DNA of 64,000 bases. It comes from Kiritimatiellia bacterium (GTDB lineage Bacteria > Verrucomicrobiota > Kiritimatiellia > RFP12 > UBA1067). Numbering within the stretch: position 1 is the stretch's first letter; every line of letters starts with the position of its first letter. Under the pieces are notes generated by a model. The model ran no database searches, was not told the origin of the DNA, and saw nothing but the letters and a program-made list of their open reading frames with translations. The position numbers were made by a program, and so were the translations under genes. Below, one piece after another: positions 8,366 through 18,740 of this stretch. Where the stretch lies: positions 492-64,491 of the forward strand of contig JAGCVN010000118.1 in assembly GCA_017962315.1 (NCBI GenBank). The letters run 5' to 3'.

Positions 8366-9429
8366 TTCACGTCTCCTTTCTTGCGACGGATGAGAATACG
8401 CGCATAGGTCTCTATGCCATCAATTGTAAACCGATGTCCATAATGTGGATTGTCAGGTACGTATCGATCCAAGCCGATTATCTCAAATTGCTCCGGGCAG
8501 TACTTGTCGAGGAACGAAATGGGCACGCCCATCACGCCGTCGTAGTCGGCCGGTATCGCATCGGTGAACGGCACTTCGATCGCGTCGTAGTTGTCGTACT
8601 TCCTGTATCCGACTCCTTTCACCTCCTTGTGGCGCGAGTACTTGATGTTTCTCGCCTCCGTCATGAGCTGCAATGGCTGGTGGCGCCTTCCGTGCTCGAG
8701 GTTCGTGAACCACCTCACGCCCTTGACGCGGATGAAGTGGTTGCCCTTTGAATCGACGCGCCACCCCGCCGCGTTCAACGGATATTCTTTCGGTACGCCA
8801 AATTCACGGTCGCCGCTGTGGATGCTTTCGCCAAGCCACATTTTGTTTGATTTGATGAGCGGGAACACCTCCTTGTAAGTTATCGCGTTCATGTTTCCGA
8901 TGATGAGGAAATTCTTGTCGGCATCGACAATCCACTTCAGAAACTCGCGGAAAAGCGAGAATGGCGGATTGGTGACGATGACGTCCGCCGCATCGCGGAA
9001 CTTCTTCACTTCCTCGCTACGGAAGTCGCCGTCTCCCTTCAGATACCACCATTCGAGGTCTTCGAAGTTGATCTTGCCGTCGCCGTTGACGTCGTGGTCG
9101 AGAATCATCATACGTCCGTGCTTCGGGTCGAGATTACGCCCCGCCGCCCAGTCGAAGAGCTCTAGGCCGTACTTGTCTTTTTTCGCCGCCGGCGCATAGC
9201 TCGTCGATATGAGCTTCTTTAGACCGAGCCGCGTAAAGTTCTCAGCGAAGAACCGGGTGAAGTTACTTTCTTCCGGGTCGTCGCAAGGAAGGAGGACAGT
9301 CTTGCCTCGAAACGTATCCGGGTCGTATTCGAGATAGGCGTTTACCTCCGCCTGAATGTCGGCGTATTGAGTGTAGAACTCGTCGTTCTTCGCCTTCTTG
9401 GCCTTTTGAAGCGCCGTTGTGTCCACCAT
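8362..9429 (-). CDS. EcoRI-methylase-family N6-adenine DNA methyltransferase
   Basis: KKAKNDEFYTQY, CDDPEESNF, VIVTNPPFSLFREF, IIGNMNAITYKEVFPLIK, YDNYDAIEV and MGVPISFLDKYCPEQFEI match the family. AGGAG RBS before ATG 9429. The track ORF extends to 9651 and another ATG lies at 9483. The stop overlaps the nuclease start by 4 nt. Confidence 0.85.
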   Translation of the reverse strand: MVDTTALQKAKKAKNDEFYTQYADIQAEVNAYLEYDPDTFRGKTVLLPCDDPEESNFTRFFAENFTRLGLKKLISTSYAPAAKKDKYGLELFDWAAGRNLDPKHGRMMILDHDVNGDGKINFEDLEWWYLKGDGDFRSEEVKKFRDAADVIVTNPPFSLFREFLKWIVDADKNFLIIGNMNAITYKEVFPLIKSNKMWLGESIHSGDREFGVPKEYPLNAAGWRVDSKGNHFIRVKGVRWFTNLEHGRRHQPLQLMTEARNIKYSRHKEVKGVGYRKYDNYDAIEVPFTDAIPADYDGVMGVPISFLDKYCPEQFEIIGLDRYVPDNPHYGHRFTIDGIETYARILIRRKKGDVK

Positions 9430-10002
9430 TGCCGAAACTCCTGCGAGAAGCGCGGCGCACAAGGCAATCGTCAATCTATCCATTTCCGCGTCTCTACTTC
9501 TTGCTCGCGCATCGTCTCGGCGCGGACACCATGTCCATGCATGAAAAGGGGCGCGGTGATCCGATCTCATGCACTCGAACGAAGCCCTACCACAGGCCCA
9601 AAGTGAATACATGAAACAGAAAACGCGCCCATACGGACGCGCAACCTGCAACCATGCCGTTCACTTTTATGAAATAGTGGTAGTATTTCGTTCGAACGTC
9701 GTGTTTGCCGTTACGCAAATCGTTTTCTCGGCGCATTGGATTTCTCCCCTTTGCGCCAAAGCCCGTCGGCCGGCTTCCGCCTCGACCGGACGTCTGCAGT
9801 CTACCACGCCTCCGCCCTTGGTTCAAGCGTGTTTTTGTAACGGGCGCGGGATACGGGGTTTCCTGCGACGACCAGCGGGGACGGTGTCCAAACGCTCGGG
9901 CGCGGCGGAACATCAGAAAAATTTTACAAAATAGTTCTTTTCTTGTTACTGCTTCTTTGGTACTATCACGGCAGTATTTGGAAAGCGTTTTCGGGAACAA
10001 GA

Positions 10003-10662
10003 ATGACAACTGTCGCAAACATCGTCACGCCGGAGAACGGTGTGTATACCTGCCGAAAGCCGGACGGGGTGCGTCTTCGCCCCGGCAGCAGGTGTCTCGC
10101 CACGCTGGATTACGGCGTGGATTGCGTCACATTCCGTTCCGAGGAGACGGCGGACAGTCCGCTGCCGACGTTCCTCCTGCTGCGCGAACTGCGGGAGGCG
10201 GACGGTGCGATACTCGCCCAGAACGAAGAGATCGCAAGCCGTGCGAGGGAAGCGTTCGACCGTGTAACGGCGGGGGAAAGGGGGGGTGTCCGCGCCTTGC
10301 GTTCGCGGTTGTCGTTCGGACGCGAGCGCCTGTTCATCCGGTACACGGCCCAGATGCCGCTCGACCTTCGGCGGTACGCAGGTGAACTGGGACGCGCGTT
10401 CCACACACAGTTCCACTTCTGGCAGGTTTCCGCCCGGGAGGAGGCGGCTCTGCTGGGGTGCGTCGGCGTGTGCGGGCGGAAAGCGTGCTGCTGTTCCTGG
10501 CAACAGACCCCGCCTCCGGTGACCATCAAGATGGCGAAGGAACAGGCCGTCTCGCTCCAGCCGGCGGCGATCAACGGAATCTGCGGCAAACTCAAATGCT
10601 GCCTCGCCTTCGAGAACGAGGCGGGGGCGGGAACGACCGACAAGGAGGACACAGGCAAATGA
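10003..10662 (+). CDS. PSP1 domain protein (RicT/YaaT-like)
   Basis: PSP1-type core plus the Cys-rich tail GVCGRKACCCSW...ICGKLKCCLAFE. Start chosen at the internal ATG 10003. Confidence 0.7.
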   Translation: MTTVANIVTPENGVYTCRKPDGVRLRPGSRCLATLDYGVDCVTFRSEETADSPLPTFLLLRELREADGAILAQNEEIASRAREAFDRVTAGERGGVRALRSRLSFGRERLFIRYTAQMPLDLRRYAGELGRAFHTQFHFWQVSAREEAALLGCVGVCGRKACCCSWQQTPPPVTIKMAKEQAVSLQPAAINGICGKLKCCLAFENEAGAGTTDKEDTGK

Positions 10663-11105
10663 AACTTTTGATTTTGAACGGGCCCAACCTGGGGTTGCTC
10701 GGCACGCGGGAGCCGGAGATCTACGGGAGCGAGACGCTCGCCGGAATGATGGCGCGCGCGGTCGCGTTCGCCGCTTCGCGGAATGCCGAGGCCGAATGGC
10801 GGCAAAGCGACATCGAGGGTGAACTGGTCGCCTGGATCGGGGGGGCGCGCGGAGCGTTCGACGGCATCGTGATCAACCCCGCCGCGTACACCCACACGAG
10901 CGTCGCCCTGCGCGACGCGCTCTCCGGTTGCGGCGTGCCCGCCGTGGAGGTGCATCTCTCCAACGTCCACCGGCGCGAACCCTTCCGGCACACGAGCCTG
11001 ACCGCCGCCGCCTGCGTGGGGCAAGTCATGGGATTCGGCGCGGACGGCTACCGCCTCGCCATCGAGGGGCTTTTGAACTGGCTTACAAACAACAGAGGAA
11101 AGTGA
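10659..11105 (+). CDS. aroQ: Type II 3-dehydroquinate dehydratase
   Basis: MKLLILNGPNLGLLGTREPEIYG, INPAAYTHTSVALRDA, EVHLSNVHRREPFRH. The ATG overlaps the upstream TGA (ATGA). Confidence 0.9.
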   Translation: MKLLILNGPNLGLLGTREPEIYGSETLAGMMARAVAFAASRNAEAEWRQSDIEGELVAWIGGARGAFDGIVINPAAYTHTSVALRDALSGCGVPAVEVHLSNVHRREPFRHTSLTAAACVGQVMGFGADGYRLAIEGLLNWLTNNRGK

Positions 11106-11110
11106 ACCGT

Positions 11111-12019
11111 ATGAAAGAACTGAAACTTTGGACCGTCGGCTCCATCAGCCGCGACGACATCAAAACCCGCGATGACGAGCGCAAGGACGTGCTTGGCGGA
11201 TCGGTGCCCTACTCCGCCATGGCGGCTTCGTTTTTCGTGAAGACGGGCGCGGTCGGCGTGGTCGGGACGGATTTCCCCGCCTCCTTCGAGCGGCGCTGGC
11301 AGAATTTCAACGTCGATACCTCCGGTATCCGCCGCATGGAAGGCAGGACGTTCCGCTGGGGGTGTGTCTACAGTGACAACATGATCGACCGGAAGACGCT
11401 TTTCACCGAACTCGGAGTTTTCGCGAATTTCAAACCGACGATCCCGGCAAGCTTCCGTGAAGCCCCGTTCGTCCTGCTCGGCAACATCCAGCCCGAACTC
11501 CAGCTCGCCGTGCTCGACCAGGCGCGCAACGCGGAGTTCGTGCTCGTCGATACGATGGACTACTGGATCAAAAACAAACCGGCCGAACTTCGCAAAGTCA
11601 TCAAGCGTGCGACCATGCTCACCTTGAACGACACGGAGGCGCGGATGTTTGTCGGACAATGGAGCCTCCTGGAGTGCGCGGCTTCGCTCATCCAGATGGG
11701 GCCGAAGTACGTCCTCATCAAGAAGGGTGAGCACGGGGCGATGCTGTTCACGGAGGACGACATTTTCATTGTCCCCGCCTACCCCGTCCGCCGCGTGGTG
11801 GACCCGACCGGCGCGGGCGACGCTTACGCCGGTGCGTTCATGGGGTATCTCGCCCATTCAGGGGATGTGAAAGACCGGAACATCCACAACGCGCTGCTCC
11901 ATGCCAGCGTGGTCGCCTCGTTCGGTGTCGAAGAGTTCGGCCCCGAACGTTTCTCGCGGCTCACGCTTTTCGACATCAAGTCCCGCGTCGCCGACCTCAA
12001 ACACATGATGAAAGTCTAA
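11111..12019 (+). CDS. PfkB-family carbohydrate kinase
   Basis: The C-terminal DPTGAGDAYAGAFMGYL is the PfkB signature. Start taken at the internal ATG 11111. Confidence 0.8.
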   Translation: MKELKLWTVGSISRDDIKTRDDERKDVLGGSVPYSAMAASFFVKTGAVGVVGTDFPASFERRWQNFNVDTSGIRRMEGRTFRWGCVYSDNMIDRKTLFTELGVFANFKPTIPASFREAPFVLLGNIQPELQLAVLDQARNAEFVLVDTMDYWIKNKPAELRKVIKRATMLTLNDTEARMFVGQWSLLECAASLIQMGPKYVLIKKGEHGAMLFTEDDIFIVPAYPVRRVVDPTGAGDAYAGAFMGYLAHSGDVKDRNIHNALLHASVVASFGVEEFGPERFSRLTLFDIKSRVADLKHMMKV

Positions 12020-12033
12020 AGGAGAAAAACCGA

Positions 12034-13443
12034 ATGAAGGCGAAACCGTTCATCCACGACGACTTCCTGCTTGAAAGCGAGACCGCCCGCGCACTCTACC
12101 ACGAGTACGCCGAGCAGATGCCGATTATCGATTACCATTGCCACCTTCCGCCTTCGGAGATCGCGGGGGACAAACACTGGGAGAACATCGCCCAAGTCTG
12201 GCTGGGGGGCGACCACTACAAATGGCGGGCCATGCGCACGAACGGAATCGACGAGGAGAAAATCACGGGGAATGCGTCAGACCGTGAAAAATTCGACGCA
12301 TTCGCCGAAACGATGCCCTACCTCCTGCGGAATCCGATTTACGACTGGTCGCACCTGGAACTCGCCCGCTATTTCGGCGTGACGGAACTCCTTTCGCCCG
12401 CGACGGCCGACAAGATCTGGAAGAAGACCTCGGCGGAACTCGCAAAGCCCGGCTTCAGCGCGCGCGGGCTGATCACCCGCAGCAACGTTGAACTCCTCTG
12501 CACGACGGACGACCCGACGGACTCGCTCGCCCATCACGAAACCATCCGCGAATCCGAATTCAAAACGAAAGTCCTCCCCGCCTGGCGCCCCGACCGTGCC
12601 TTGGCGATAGACCGTCCCGCGAACTGGAACCACTGGCTCGACCGACTCGGCAGCGCGACGAAAATCCCCATCAAGACGTGGGAGGATTTCATCGGCGCCC
12701 TGCAGGTCCGCCACGATTTCTTCGAGGAAAACGGCTGCCGCCTCTCCGATTACGGCATCGAGCGCCCCTATTGCGACCCGTACACGATGGAGGACGTCAC
12801 CTCCCTCTTCAACCGAGTCCGGCTCGGCGGCAAAGCCACCGCATACGAAATCGCCAAGTTCCGCTCCGCCGCGCTCTACGAGATGATCGCGATGGACGCC
12901 CGCGCCGACTGGACGGTGCAGATCCACTACGGGGTCTACCGCAACATGAACACGAAGATGTTCAAACGCCTCGGTCCCGACACCGGATTCGACACCATCG
13001 GCGACGTCTCCGCCGCCTTGGGTCTCTGCCGCATCTTCGACCGGCTCGAACGAAACGACATCCTTCCGCGCACCATCCTCTACCCGATCAATCCGTGCGA
13101 CAACGAAATCGTCGCCACCTGCATCGGTTGTTTCCAAAAGGGGCCGGAACCCGGTCGCCTCCAGTTCGGCAGCGGCTGGTGGTTCAACGACCAGCGCGAC
13201 GGCATGACCCGCCAGATCGAGAGCCTTTCGCAGCTCGGGCTGCTCAGCCGTTTCGTCGGAATGTTGACGGACAGTCGTTCCTTCCTGAGTTACACGCGCC
13301 ATGAATATTTCCGCCGCGTGCTCTGCAATATCCTCGGCGAGGATGTCACGAAAGGACGCCTCCCGAACGACCTCCCGTGGATCGGCGAGATCGTGAAGGA
13401 CATTTGTTACCGCAACGCAAAACGCTATTTCAAGTTCGCGTGA
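12034..13443 (+). CDS. uxaC: Glucuronate (uronate) isomerase
   Basis: FIHDDFLLESETARALYHEYAEQMPIIDYHCHL and full-length similarity to UxaC. Confidence 0.9.
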   Translation: MKAKPFIHDDFLLESETARALYHEYAEQMPIIDYHCHLPPSEIAGDKHWENIAQVWLGGDHYKWRAMRTNGIDEEKITGNASDREKFDAFAETMPYLLRNPIYDWSHLELARYFGVTELLSPATADKIWKKTSAELAKPGFSARGLITRSNVELLCTTDDPTDSLAHHETIRESEFKTKVLPAWRPDRALAIDRPANWNHWLDRLGSATKIPIKTWEDFIGALQVRHDFFEENGCRLSDYGIERPYCDPYTMEDVTSLFNRVRLGGKATAYEIAKFRSAALYEMIAMDARADWTVQIHYGVYRNMNTKMFKRLGPDTGFDTIGDVSAALGLCRIFDRLERNDILPRTILYPINPCDNEIVATCIGCFQKGPEPGRLQFGSGWWFNDQRDGMTRQIESLSQLGLLSRFVGMLTDSRSFLSYTRHEYFRRVLCNILGEDVTKGRLPNDLPWIGEIVKDICYRNAKRYFKFA

Positions 13444-13982
13444 AGTTCCATCTTCCAGCGTGGCCCGTCGCCGCAGGCATCTGTTTCGCCTGCGGCCGGA
13501 CAACGCGGACGCGCGGGGCGCGCGTCTGTCCGTATTGCGGGGAACGGGTGTACCGTTCCCGCCGTGCGCAGACTGCGGCCTGGCTGTCGCTCGCCCTCCC
13601 CGCAGCAGCCTCCGCAGCCGTTTTGCTTTCAGGCGGGGTGCGGTCCTTGATTGCCAGTTTCCCGTCCAGAGCGGGAATCGCGGCATCCGGCCTGGCCGCC
13701 GTCGGTGCGGCCCTGCCGCTCCTTCCGGTTGACACGGCGGATCTCGTCGTCTCGACTTCGCGAGAGGTCTGGAAGTGGCAGGCCGCGTCTTTTTTCGGAG
13801 GACTCTTCACCGCCCTTGCCGCGTTCACGCTGGCGGCTGCGTTCAACGCCGCCGCCTCGCCCGCACGGGTTCTTGCGGTGACCGCCTTCCCCTTCGTCCT
13901 GATGATTCCCGTCTACTGGCGAGTTTCGTTTTCGGCGCTCCTCTCACCCGTATTGTTTTACGCCGCGTTCCGTCTCGGATAA
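13440..13982 (+). CDS. Hypothetical membrane protein with an N-terminal zinc-ribbon (CxxC...CxxC)
   Basis: CFACG...CPYCG followed by 4-5 hydrophobic helices. The GTG start overlapping the uxaC stop is a guess; the track ORF begins at 13377. Confidence 0.4.
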   Translation: MKFHLPAWPVAAGICFACGRTTRTRGARVCPYCGERVYRSRRAQTAAWLSLALPAAASAAVLLSGGVRSLIASFPSRAGIAASGLAAVGAALPLLPVDTADLVVSTSREVWKWQAASFFGGLFTALAAFTLAAAFNAAASPARVLAVTAFPFVLMIPVYWRVSFSALLSPVLFYAAFRLG

Positions 13983-14040
13983 TGCGACAGCCGCCGACGG
14001 CCGCGATGGCCGCCGACGGCTGCTGACTTACTTGCCTACA

Positions 14041-14964
14041 CTACGCAAACAGCCAGGTACTCAAATACCGCTCTCCGGTATCCGGCAGGATGACGACGAT
14101 CGTCTTGCCTTCGTTTTCCGGGCGCTTCGAGAGTTCGAGGGCGGCCCAGAGCGCGGCACCGGAGGAGATCCCGACCAGCAGTCCCTCCTGCGCGGCGGCG
14201 GCGCGCGCCGTCGCGCCGGCGTTCTCGGCGGTGGCCGTGACGACCTCGGTCAACAGTTCCTTGTCCAGCGTCCTCGGGACGAATCCCGCGCCGATCCCCT
14301 GGATCTTATGGGGGCCGGATATTCCCTTTGAAAGGACTGGGCTTGTATCCGGTTCGACGGCAACAAGCCTGACCGCAGGATTCTTCGTGCGCAGGAACCG
14401 TCCGACGCCGGTGATCGTCCCGCCGGTCCCCACACCTCCGACAACCACGTCCACCTGCCCGTCCGTGTCGTTCCAGATCTCAGGTCCCGTCGTCGCCTCG
14501 TGGTACGAGGGATTCGCCGGATTCTCGAACTGTTGGAGAATGACCGAGCCGGGAATCGACTGGTTGAGTTCGTTCGCCTTCGCAATGGCGCCCTTCATTC
14601 CTTCCGACCCGGGGGTGAGGACGATTTCCGCGCCGTAGGCGGCCGCGAGCTTGCGGCGTTCGACGCTCATCGTCTCGGGAAGCGTGAGAATGAGGTGGTA
14701 TCCTTTGACTGCGGAGGCAAGCGCCAACCCGACACCGGTGTTGCCGCTCGTCGGCTCGATAATCGTAGCGCCCGGCTTGAGGATGCCCTTTTTCTCGGCA
14801 TCCTCGATCATGCCCAGCGCGATACGGTCCTTGACGCTGCCGCCGGGGTTGAAGAACTCGACCTTCGCGAGTACCCGCGCCGCGCCCTTGTTCAGCTTGG
14901 AAGAAATCTCGACCAGCGGCGTGCCGCCGACCGTCTTCAGAATGTTCGAAGCAATCTTGCTCAT
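14041..14964 (-). CDS. cysK: Cysteine synthase A (O-acetylserine sulfhydrylase)
   Basis: [24 protein letters not shown] and [10 protein letters not shown] are PLP-enzyme motifs. Confidence 0.9.
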   Translation of the reverse strand: MSKIASNILKTVGGTPLVEISSKLNKGAARVLAKVEFFNPGGSVKDRIALGMIEDAEKKGILKPGATIIEPTSGNTGVGLALASAVKGYHLILTLPETMSVERRKLAAAYGAEIVLTPGSEGMKGAIAKANELNQSIPGSVILQQFENPANPSYHEATTGPEIWNDTDGQVDVVVGGVGTGGTITGVGRFLRTKNPAVRLVAVEPDTSPVLSKGISGPHKIQGIGAGFVPRTLDKELLTEVVTATAENAGATARAAAAQEGLLVGISSGAALWAALELSKRPENEGKTIVVILPDTGERYLSTWLFA

Positions 14965-15060
14965 GTTTCGCCAACCTTTCTCTTTAGACTACCAGTTCGG
15001 TAGAGAACGGACGAAGTATACCATCCCGGCCGTCCCCTGTCTACTGGCAAGTTTCCTGTT

Positions 15061-15945
15061 TTAGAACTGGAACTGAATGGAAAAGACCGCGCCGGAACCG
15101 ACACCCAGGTTCTTCGGGTCTCCGTGGCGATAGAACCTGTCTTTCCCGCCTGTTTCCGCGAACGCCGCGACCAACGAAAGCCGGGGCGTGACGAACCACG
15201 CGACGTGTCCGTCCCAATAGTCGTGGTTGCGGATCCCGTCACCCGCGTCCACGCCCTGCTTGTATTCGACACCGATCGCGACATTCTCCGCCGGGAGGAT
15301 GTCCGCGTTGCCGAAAAAGACCACGTCGTACTCGTTGTGGCCGACGACGCCGTTGACCACTTCGTCCGAAACCAGCGCACCCGCCGAGAGCAGGATCGGC
15401 AACGGGGTCTGCGTGATCAGTTTGGTCGCAACCGCGTAGGCGTCAAACCCGTAATCCTCCAACCCCAGCGCGTCCACCGTCTTTGAATCGGTGTACTTGT
15501 AGACGCCGCCGAGCGCGACCGCCGGGACCCACGGCTGGTCGAAGGCGTTCTCGTCCAGGATGCGCAACTTGGCGCCGAGGTTGTGCGTATTGATACTGTT
15601 GTCGCCGTACCGATGCGCGTTAATGAACCCGTACCCGTAGGAGAGTTCGAGCCGTTTCGCGAAGGTCAGCGAGGCCGAGGCCGCGTACCAGTTGATCCGC
15701 GAGTCGTTGAGATTGACGTACCACGCGCCGACCTGCGGTTTCGAGACCACCTCGTTCCACGAATTACTCGACCCGCCTTCCCACTCCAGACCGGAGGTGT
15801 AGGCCAGCGGGTTGAACGCGATACCCCCCGTACCCTGCAAGTTGTTCAACGGCACACCGCCAAACGCAGCGCCCTGTGCCAGAACCAGACCGAGCACACC
15901 CGTGCGGAACGTCGCCTGAATCAAATCCGTCTTCTTCATTCTCAT
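15061..15945 (-). CDS. Outer-membrane beta-barrel (porin-like) protein
   Basis: Signal peptide, alternating beta-strand pattern, and a C-terminal ...FSIQFQF with terminal Phe. Confidence 0.65.
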   Translation of the reverse strand: MRMKKTDLIQATFRTGVLGLVLAQGAAFGGVPLNNLQGTGGIAFNPLAYTSGLEWEGGSSNSWNEVVSKPQVGAWYVNLNDSRINWYAASASLTFAKRLELSYGYGFINAHRYGDNSINTHNLGAKLRILDENAFDQPWVPAVALGGVYKYTDSKTVDALGLEDYGFDAYAVATKLITQTPLPILLSAGALVSDEVVNGVVGHNEYDVVFFGNADILPAENVAIGVEYKQGVDAGDGIRNHDYWDGHVAWFVTPRLSLVAAFAETGGKDRFYRHGDPKNLGVGSGAVFSIQFQF

Positions 15946-16055
15946 CGCCCTTTCTCATTACTACCTTTTTGGTAGTATTTTGTTCCCGTTGAAACCGGCA
16001 CCCGTCCGGGGGCCGGTTGTTTTATTGTCTACTGTTTTGGTAGACAACGCGGGAG

Positions 16056-16084
16056 ACTTTACACGCTTCCCGGCGCCTTGTCAA
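16056..16084 (-). promoter_or_regulatory. Sigma70-like promoter TTGACA-17 nt-TAAAGT for the porin-like gene
   Basis: On the minus strand, TTGACA lies at 16084-16079 and TAAAGT at 16061-16056. It is followed by a roughly 100-nt leader with three hairpins. Confidence 0.4.
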
Positions 16085-16158
16085 CAGGAAATTTTAAAAA
16101 ATTTCGTTTCAGGCGAACAAACGGGACGGTGAATCGAAGGGGAACCGGTATGTTCGCG

Positions 16159-18732
16159 TCAGCGATTGGCGAACTGAAGGGAGTCCGCACCTGCCGTCAC
16201 GGTGATCGGGCGGTCGCGGTGAAGCTCCCCCGAAAGCAGTTTCACGGAGAGGGCGTCAAGGACGAACTTGTTGATGGCGCGTTTGACCGGGCGGGCCCCG
16301 TATTCCGGCTCGTACCCATGTTCGGCAAGGAAATTCTCCGCCAAGGCATCGACCGAAAGATCCACCCCGTCAGTCTTCATTTTCGCCGTGAGCGAAGCCA
16401 GCTGGATTTGGACAATCCGGCGGATGTCCGCCTTTGAAAGCGGACGGAAGAGGATGGTCTCATCCAACCGGTTCAGGAATTCAGGCGAAACCCGGCTCCG
16501 CAGTTCCGCAAGGACGGCCGCTGTGACAACCGCCTCGTCCGACTCCAGCCCCCGCATGAAATACTCGTGGAGCTTCCTCTGCCCGATGTTCGAGGTGAGG
16601 ATGAGGATCGTGTTTTTAAAGTTGACGGTACGCCCCTGTCCGTCCGTCATGCGCCCGTCGTCAAGGATTTGGAGAAGCGTCTCGAAAACTTTCGGATGGG
16701 CTTTCTCGATTTCATCGAAAAGGATGACGCTGTAAGGTTTGCGTCGGACCGCTTCGGTGAGCTGTCCGCCCTGGTCGTAACCGACGTAGCCGGGAGGCGC
16801 GCCAAACAGGCGCGCGACGGTGTGTTCCTGCTGGTATTCGCTCATGTCGATACGGATCATCATATCGCGGCTGTCAAACAGGAACTCCGCAAGCGCCTTG
16901 CCAAGTTCGGTTTTACCGACACCCGTCGATCCGAGGAAGAGGAAGGAGCCGATCGGACGGGAAGGGTCGCCCAGTCCGAGGCGGTTGCGGCGCAGAACGG
17001 CGGCGACGGCGGCGACGGCGCGGTCCTGTCCGATGACGCGCCGGCGGAGTTCTTCCTCCGCATGGGCGAACCGCTGCGCCTCGTCGCTGCTCATCTTGCT
17101 GACGGGGATGCCGGTCCAGTCGGTGACGACCTGCATGATGTCGTTCTCGTCGAGCGCACGTTTCAGCATCGTCCCCTGCTCCTCCATCTCCACGACGACC
17201 TCGCCCGCCTGGCGTTCTGCATCCGCGGCCCGGCGGTCAAACGAAGCCGCCTCCTCGAAGCGGGAAGCCTGCTCCGCGTCGCGGGCGTTCACGCGGAAAC
17301 GCTCGGCCTCGTCCTGCAGGGACTGCAACCGCTCGAACAAGGCGCGTTCGTTCTGCCATTTGGCGTTGAGTTCGTTTTCCCGTTCACGGAGGTTGGCGAT
17401 CTCAAGGTCGAGCGGCTGAACGGCGGTTGAATCGGATCCGTCCTGAAGGATGCTTTCGCGCTCGATCTCTTTGCGGCGGATCGTGCGGGAAAGTTCGTCC
17501 AGTTCACGGGGGACAGAGGCGCGTTCGATACGCATACGGGAGGCGGCCTCGTCCAAGAGGTCGATGGCCTTGTCGGGCAGGAAACGGTCCGAGATGTACC
17601 GTTTCGAGAGACGGACGGCGGCGACGACGGCGGTGTCGAGGATCTTCGTGCGGTGGTGACTCTCGTATTGCGACTTGATCCCGCGTAGGATGGCGATCGC
17701 GGAATCGATATCAGGCTCATCGACTTCGACCTTCTGGAAACGGCGTTCAAAGGCGGGATCCTTCTCGATGTACTGGCGGTACTCGTCGTGTGTCGTCGCA
17801 CCGATGACCATCAGGCGTCCGCGCGCGAGTTCTGGCTTGAGAATGTTCGCCGCATCCATCGCGCCGGAGGAACGCCCCGCCCCGATCAGCTGGTGGATCT
17901 CATCGATAAACAGCACGATCGAAGGATCGGCAGAAGCCTCGTCGAGGACTTTTTTGAGCCGCTCCTCGAACTCACCCATGTGGCTGGCGCCGGCGACGAG
18001 CGCCGTGAGGTCGAGCGAATAGGGCTGAATACCCTTCATATCGACGGGAACGTCCCCTTTGAGGATCCGGTGGACAAGCCCTTCGACAATGGCGGTCTTG
18101 CCCGTTCCGGGTTCGCCGACAAGGACAGGGTTGTTCTTCGTCTTGCGGGAGAGAATCTGGAGAACACGCCGGATTTCGCGTTCGCGGCCGATGGCGGGAG
18201 AGATCGCCCCCTCGCGCGCAAGGGCGAGAAGGTTGCGCCCGTATTTGCAGAGCGAGGGATGACGGGAGGCGGAGGCATCCCCCGCCGTTTCAGGGTGTGC
18301 CCCCCGGAACGCCAGAACGGCCTCACGCAGTTTCTCCCGCGTGACGCCGGCCTGCGTGAACAAAGCCCGGACAGGATTCTCGATGACCGCGAGCGACCAG
18401 AAAAGATGTTCAGACGAGGCGACGGCGACATTCGTCTCGCGGGCGAGGGCGGCGGCCGCCATCCGGCAGGCGTCGAACGAAGCCGAGGGGACGGGTGAAC
18501 TGCCGGAACCTTTCGGAACCGCCTGAAGCATGGAGGAAACCGCGCCGAAAAACCGATTCTTGTCGATGCCCAGCTGATCAAAGAGGAATACCGCCATGTC
18601 GCGCGCCCGTTCCCAGAGCGCGACGACCAACACCGGCGTGGTGACTTCACCGTGCCCGGAATGGATTGCAATCTCCTGGGCGCGATCCAGCACGGCGACA
18701 GCTTTTTCAGTGAATACAGGTTGTTCAGCCAT
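16159..18732 (-). CDS. clpB: ATP-dependent chaperone / disaggregase ClpB
   Basis: Two AAA+ modules ([14 protein letters not shown] and [15 protein letters not shown]) with a long coiled-coil middle domain. Start is probably MAEQPVF at 18732; the track gives 18744. Confidence 0.92.
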   Translation of the reverse strand: MAEQPVFTEKAVAVLDRAQEIAIHSGHGEVTTPVLVVALWERARDMAVFLFDQLGIDKNRFFGAVSSMLQAVPKGSGSSPVPSASFDACRMAAAALARETNVAVASSEHLFWSLAVIENPVRALFTQAGVTREKLREAVLAFRGAHPETAGDASASRHPSLCKYGRNLLALAREGAISPAIGREREIRRVLQILSRKTKNNPVLVGEPGTGKTAIVEGLVHRILKGDVPVDMKGIQPYSLDLTALVAGASHMGEFEERLKKVLDEASADPSIVLFIDEIHQLIGAGRSSGAMDAANILKPELARGRLMVIGATTHDEYRQYIEKDPAFERRFQKVEVDEPDIDSAIAILRGIKSQYESHHRTKILDTAVVAAVRLSKRYISDRFLPDKAIDLLDEAASRMRIERASVPRELDELSRTIRRKEIERESILQDGSDSTAVQPLDLEIANLRERENELNAKWQNERALFERLQSLQDEAERFRVNARDAEQASRFEEAASFDRRAADAERQAGEVVVEMEEQGTMLKRALDENDIMQVVTDWTGIPVSKMSSDEAQRFAHAEEELRRRVIGQDRAVAAVAAVLRRNRLGLGDPSRPIGSFLFLGSTGVGKTELGKALAEFLFDSRDMMIRIDMSEYQQEHTVARLFGAPPGYVGYDQGGQLTEAVRRKPYSVILFDEIEKAHPKVFETLLQILDDGRMTDGQGRTVNFKNTILILTSNIGQRKLHEYFMRGLESDEAVVTAAVLAELRSRVSPEFLNRLDETILFRPLSKADIRRIVQIQLASLTAKMKTDGVDLSVDALAENFLAEHGYEPEYGARPVKRAINKFVLDALSVKLLSGELHRDRPITVTAGADSLQFANR

Positions 18733-18740
18733 AGGTACCC

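Noticed and set aside
9430-9651. N-terminal extension of the methyltransferase ORF, including a signal-peptide-like MDRLTIALCAALLAGVSA from ATG 9483
   Set aside because: Family members start near KKAKNDEFYTQ, and an AGGAG RBS precedes ATG 9429. A secreted DNA methyltransferase is implausible.
16078-16437. 119-aa plus-strand ORF in the clpB-porin intergenic region and the clpB 3' end
   Set aside because: It overlaps clpB antisense, and the intergenic part is better explained as the porin promoter and leader.
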